Part shown: piece by piece, positions 42,000 to 45,844 of the stretch
Layout: each line of letters starts with the position of its first letter
Numbering within the stretch: the first letter of the stretch is position 1
Source of the DNA: Notodromas monacha
Taxonomy: Eukaryota
NCBI GenBank assembly: GCA_905338405.1
Contig: CAJPEX010000070.1
Location: forward strand, 130,645 to 176,488
Direction of reading: 5' to 3'
Length of the DNA stretch: 45,844 nucleotides
Notes under the pieces: generated by a model
Seen by the model: only the letters and a program-made list of their open reading frames with translations
Database searches by the model: none
Told to the model about the DNA's origin: nothing
Program-made: the position numbers and the translations under genes

Positions 42000-42250
42000 A
42001 TGCATTAAAAACCTCTATAACTCGAAGGTTTTTCCCGTAAACCCCCATAAATCGAATTTTATGGAGGCCTTTTGGCTATTATTTTTTCGACACGAGGTAA
42101 TGAAATTAAAAAAATTTAACTTCATGTGTTTTAAAAGGAAGTGAAGGACTACAGTAATTGAGAAAATGAACCTTTGCTTCCAAGTTCAACACCCTGTCAA
42201 CTCATTTCAGAAGCAGTTCAAGGCCCAGAATCTCATCCTTACAATTTTTC
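42000..42250. repeat. Third, longest copy of the dispersed repeat family.
   Basis: It contains all three shared blocks listed for 6690-6880 and 14880-15090. Confidence 0.6.
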
Positions 42251-43376
42251 TGTAATTCGTCTTTCTTTCCCCCCAACATAAAATGCTTTTTTCCCAGACT
42301 TGAAACCTATGTTTTACTTTGTTTATTAATATTTAATCAAAATTGAGAAAATGTCGAGGACAAAAAAGCAAACCGTCGTTTTTTGTTGACGAGAGGCGAC
42401 AGGCAAGACCTGTAACCAAATGTGGGCTCAGCCCAGAGTGAACCCTGGTCATGAATCTCGCAGCTAATTGCTGTGTCGTCACACTTTCTGCAGGACCCAT
42501 CAGGGCGATAATACGGCGGTCGTGGGTACAGCAAGGCATGATTTAATGCACACCGATCCGTGTCACACCTAATGCAAATTTTATGCAAATATACGTACGA
42601 TTTAATGTATGCTTGAAATCCAGCTGGATTTTGTCACTCACGCGGCGGAGCCAGGCTTTTTGCTCGTCATTTCGCCCCGAAGGTTGAGCCTTTTGATGCT
42701 AGATGATCTCTTTCGTGTACCCTTGGGCTCTGGAATCAGTGGGAGTTTATTTAAAAAAATAATAAAATGGGCCTTTTTCTACGCAACTTTAACTGCAGAA
42801 TGAGCTGAAGTTTTCATCTCAGCGGAGTCAGGTTAATCGCTTAATTACGCGATTAATCCGAGATCAACTGCAGGGTTCAAATTTATCGTGACAGTGGGAA
42901 ACAGTTATTTTTGTTGTCGAAACTCAAGAAATGGGATTTAGTCCTCGAAGGTTCTCCCCAAAACTTCGTCAAACCATGTGTGCTATTTTTCCAATGCTTG
43001 CATTCGTAATACGAATTCGTAATGACCCAGAAGTTCTTGAGTTGAATTCTTGGAGAACCGAAACGTCAAATTGACCACCAACGACATCTACAGACGCAAA
43101 ACTAAAATTTTTACGTGATGGAAAATACGAAACATTTTCTTTCAACTCTGAAATTATTTAAATGCAGTAGTTGGGTTGCATCAGTGAATAACCCGTAAAT
43201 ATTCTAAAACCCTTTTATAATTTGAAAATGGGGATTCCAGCTGAACTGGAATGAACGGCATGGGCTATATTTTGAACACGGATCCTCGTGCAAACTGGGC
43301 TGATGGCTGAATTTGCATAACTGCTTGGATTACGAAGATTTGCATGATTTCTGTAAGGGGTTGAAAACGGGATTAC

Positions 43377-44548
43377 CTTGAAAAATGGAGGGCTTTTCAG
43401 CAGCGAATTGATCACTCGCGTCTAACAGAGTCCCGTTGGAAGTCAGTTCTCGTTTGCCAATCGAAGGGATTGGAACCTCCAAATCTTCCGCAAATTTCAC
43501 GCTGTCTCGGCGACTAGGAGACTCTGGTTTCGAATCTGCTGGACTCGATGCCTTTCGTGATTTTTCGTCTGTTTTTAAATTAGCTGGACTCGAAGCCTTG
43601 CTTGAGTTTTCGTCTGCCGTCAAATTTGCAGGACTCGATGCCTTGCGTACTTCTTCGTTTTTGGTCAAATCAGCTGGACTCGATGCGTTGTTAACTTCAA
43701 CGTCATCAGGCTGGTTGTCGAGGGCATCAAAAGCTTTACTCTCAATTGATGTCGGGTCGTTGGAAGAAGCCGAATGGTCAATTATTTGTATCCCTTGCTT
43801 CGTTTCTTGACGCGATGGACTCCGGCCGGTGGGACTGGTTTGAGCAGATCTGCAAGGAAAGTGCCGTAAAGCCCGACCTTGGGTTCATAAGAAAATTTTT
43901 CAAATATGATGTCAGCCAAGATAAGTTCGTGACATCTACCGAAGACTGCAGAATAAATTTACCCATCCAGAGAATTTTCAACAAACAATTCGAAAAATTG
44001 GAAATGAAACGTTCAAGTTAAAATTGAATTTCTGGTGCGTTTCATTATAAAAAAATATTTCTATTTCAAGTCTCCAAAATGGGGTGTACCTCGGGATACA
44101 TTTACATCTAATTTTTTGGCTGAAAATTCATGCTACGTGGTACTGAAGTACCGCAGTACTGCACAGTAAATTGCTTGGTTTGATCAAGAGATATCAATTT
44201 TTTTATCAACTCCGCTAATGTCTTCAAGAGGCCCCATTGTATTTCAAGTTGTGTTGACCTTCGCAAAAATATATTATATAGATTTCGGTGCTTGTGTATC
44301 TGAAGGATACCAATTATCCATGGCCTAGTATTTCGTGAATATGTACTCACTGATCTGGAAAGAAGATGGGATGTTCAGTGACTTCGTAGGGAGAAAGTTT
44401 GGTTTCCAGGTCGCTGTAAATTCCGGGGGCGAGCGGATTGCCGGGAATTTTGTCAACCGACGTCCCAGCCTCGTTCGGCTTTGAAATGAACTTGTCCCCT
44501 TCCTCGCGAAGAAGTTCCTCGTCGGAACTGGATGAACTCCTCTTCCTC
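43377..44548 (-). CDS. Two internal coding exons of a Ser-rich acidic protein, probably a phosphoprotein or IDP. Exon A is 44351-44548 and exon B is 43377-43849. The gene continues beyond both ends.
   Basis: Exon A follows the acceptor ttttcgtttcaacAG and encodes RKRSSSSSDEELLREEGDKFISKPNEAGTSVDKIPGNPLAPGIYSDLETKLSPYEVTEHPIFFPD, ending at donor CA|GTGAGT (phase 2). Exon B follows the acceptor cactttccttgcAG and begins with 1 nt, so the phases match. It encodes Q SAQTSPTGRSPSRQETKQGIQIIDHSASSNDPTSIESKAFDALDNQPDDVEVN then four 15-aa repeats (NASSPADLTKNEEVR / KASSPANLTADENSS / KASSPANLKTDEKSR / KASSPADSKPESPSR), then RDSVKFAEDLEVPIPSIGKRELTSNGTLLDASDQFAAEKPSIFQ, ending at donor G|GTAATC. There is a 473-nt stop-free frame with no ATG/TTG/GTG/CTG start, as expected for an internal exon. 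Confidence 0.5.
43500..43690 (-). repeat. In-frame 45-nt tandem repeat of about 4 copies within a coding exon. It encodes KASSPANL-type 15-aa repeats.
   Basis: Shown on the + strand, the repeat reads gctggactcgatgcctt(t/g)cg...tttt(t/g)...a(a/g)att(a/t)gc(t/a)ggactcga(a/t)gcct.... It is the source of the antisense + ORF 43436-43810. Confidence 0.6.
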
Positions 44549-45844
44549 CTGTTGAAACGAAAACTTTTTCGTGATTGCACTCGAAACGTCGGAATGCGGT
44601 GGTATTCAAATGCTTGGGCGGATGTATTTCATACTTGATCGCACTCTCTTTGGGGTCCTTGATGAGAGAACTACGCTTGCTTTTCTTGGAAGCCCGAGTG
44701 GAGAACTGAACGAAAGCACCGGGTGTGCCAAACGTGGGCTGTGAAAAGGAGTTTATTAGGTCGTGGGGAAGTTAACGCCTGTTTTCACCCCTTTTGCACC
44801 GTAAATAAAAGACTACTGACTGGGTCAAAATCACTGTACTGTACACAGGTACAGAATAAAAGAGTAAAAAGATTAATCTTTTGTGTAAATAACCGTTGAA
44901 GGTTATTCTTGGTAATCAATGAAGCCAGAGATTGGAATTACTCTAGGGAGGAAATCAAGCCTGTGAAGGTTTCTGTCGTTGGCAGACGTTTGTCTAGAGT
45001 CTAGAGACTACAGAGCAGTGTTCCCCAACCCATGGAAATTTTCTCAAGCAGAGTGCATTTTATCGAAACTATCTAAGAAAGACGTTACAGTATCTTCATC
45101 TGAAAATTGTTAATGAGAATTGCGGTTAAAATTATTTCATGGAAAATAAAAGTTGGCTTTCCTCCTGATGATAGCTCAGATATATTTTCACCTGATAAAA
45201 TTATTTTAATTTTTCATTCTGATATACTGTATGTTCAATCCCACCTGTCTAATTTTTTGAAGACATTCCAATATACTGTACCTGCTTCTTTGGTTCTCAA
45301 CTTAATTTTTTTTGCCAAAAGCAGAAACTTTTTCAATACCTGCTGTAAAGTATTTCAAGCGAAACTTGTCTGGGTCTGCAAAAATTTTACAAAACTTTGC
45401 CGGTCCGTAGAACATATTTTGAAAATGTGATGGTGTGCGAAAAATTGAATGGAAATTTGCCGGTCCGCGGGCCCAAGAAGGTTGGAGTTCACTGCTCTAG
45501 AAAGCAAGTTATTTACATATTTCGACAAACTTACTTGAGAAGTTCCAGAAGCCGGCATATCCAAAAAAGGAACCAAGCAACAGCCCGATAGTTGTCCATA
45601 TCGCATCGCGTATCGTACAATCCAAAGCCTCTTGTGCTGGTGGATTGCAGCGAACACACGTTGGCACTGATTCAGAAACCCAGCAAGAATAAAAGCAAAT
45701 TTAAAATATTTTAATTGATGTTGTGGCGAAATTTCCTGGCTACACTATTATACCTTAAACTAATCAGAATTAATATTATACTGAATATTACTTCAATATG
45801 AATGAGCCTTATCTGACCCGAAATACTGTAACCTGAAATAAAAC

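Noticed and set aside
43436-43810. + strand ORF, 124 aa, with LDA/LEA repeats
   Set aside because: It is antisense to the repeat-containing minus-strand exon. The repeats are the complement of the KASSPANL coding repeats.

Overview
The window reads as eukaryotic (metazoan) nuclear DNA from a compact genome, not prokaryotic. Genes are multi-exon with mostly 50–65-nt introns, GT-AG borders and T-rich ...TTTCAG acceptors; GC is about 40%. No rRNA, tRNA or CRISPR array was found.

The first ~16 kb is gene-poor and repeat-rich. The rest is gene-dense:

- **Major vault protein (MVP), + strand, 16481–22250.** 12 coding exons, aligned exon by exon to human MVP.
- **Four closely spaced + strand genes.**
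  - COP9 signalosome subunit 3 (CSN3/COPS3), 24286–26741, 8 exons.
  - A small K/E-rich protein, 27223–27935, 4 exons, identity unresolved.
  - Nicotinamide riboside kinase (NMRK), 28026–29048, 2 exons. Its ATG lies only 90 nt after the previous stop.
  - Ethanolamine-phosphate cytidylyltransferase (PCYT2), 29587–≥32919. Both CT domains are recognisable, but the C-terminal half of the second domain could not be located.
- **Three further gene models on the − strand**, none functionally identifiable.
  - A Cys-rich ~225-aa protein, 34125–35643, 4 exons.
  - A small single-pass membrane protein, 39588–40290, 2 exons.
  - A Ser-rich acidic protein with in-frame 45-nt tandem repeats, 43377–44548.
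- **A single 202-aa S/G/T-rich ORF on the − strand**, 38296–38904.

Non-genic structure:

- A foldback/MITE-like element at ~23207–23722, with ~130-bp inverted arms around a ~60-bp tandem array.
- A ~350-bp-unit repeat array with GC palindromic cores at 37230–38010.
- A ~200–250-bp dispersed repeat family, three copies near 6690, 14880 and 42000.
- Local direct repeats at 8631/8931.
- Two C15 homopolymer tracts within the first 200 bp.
- A palindromic ACAGTACTGT motif scattered through non-coding sequence.

The most interesting points are the operon-like spacing of the four + strand genes, two GC-AG introns that share the donor GCGAGT, and the unexplained missing portion of PCYT2.
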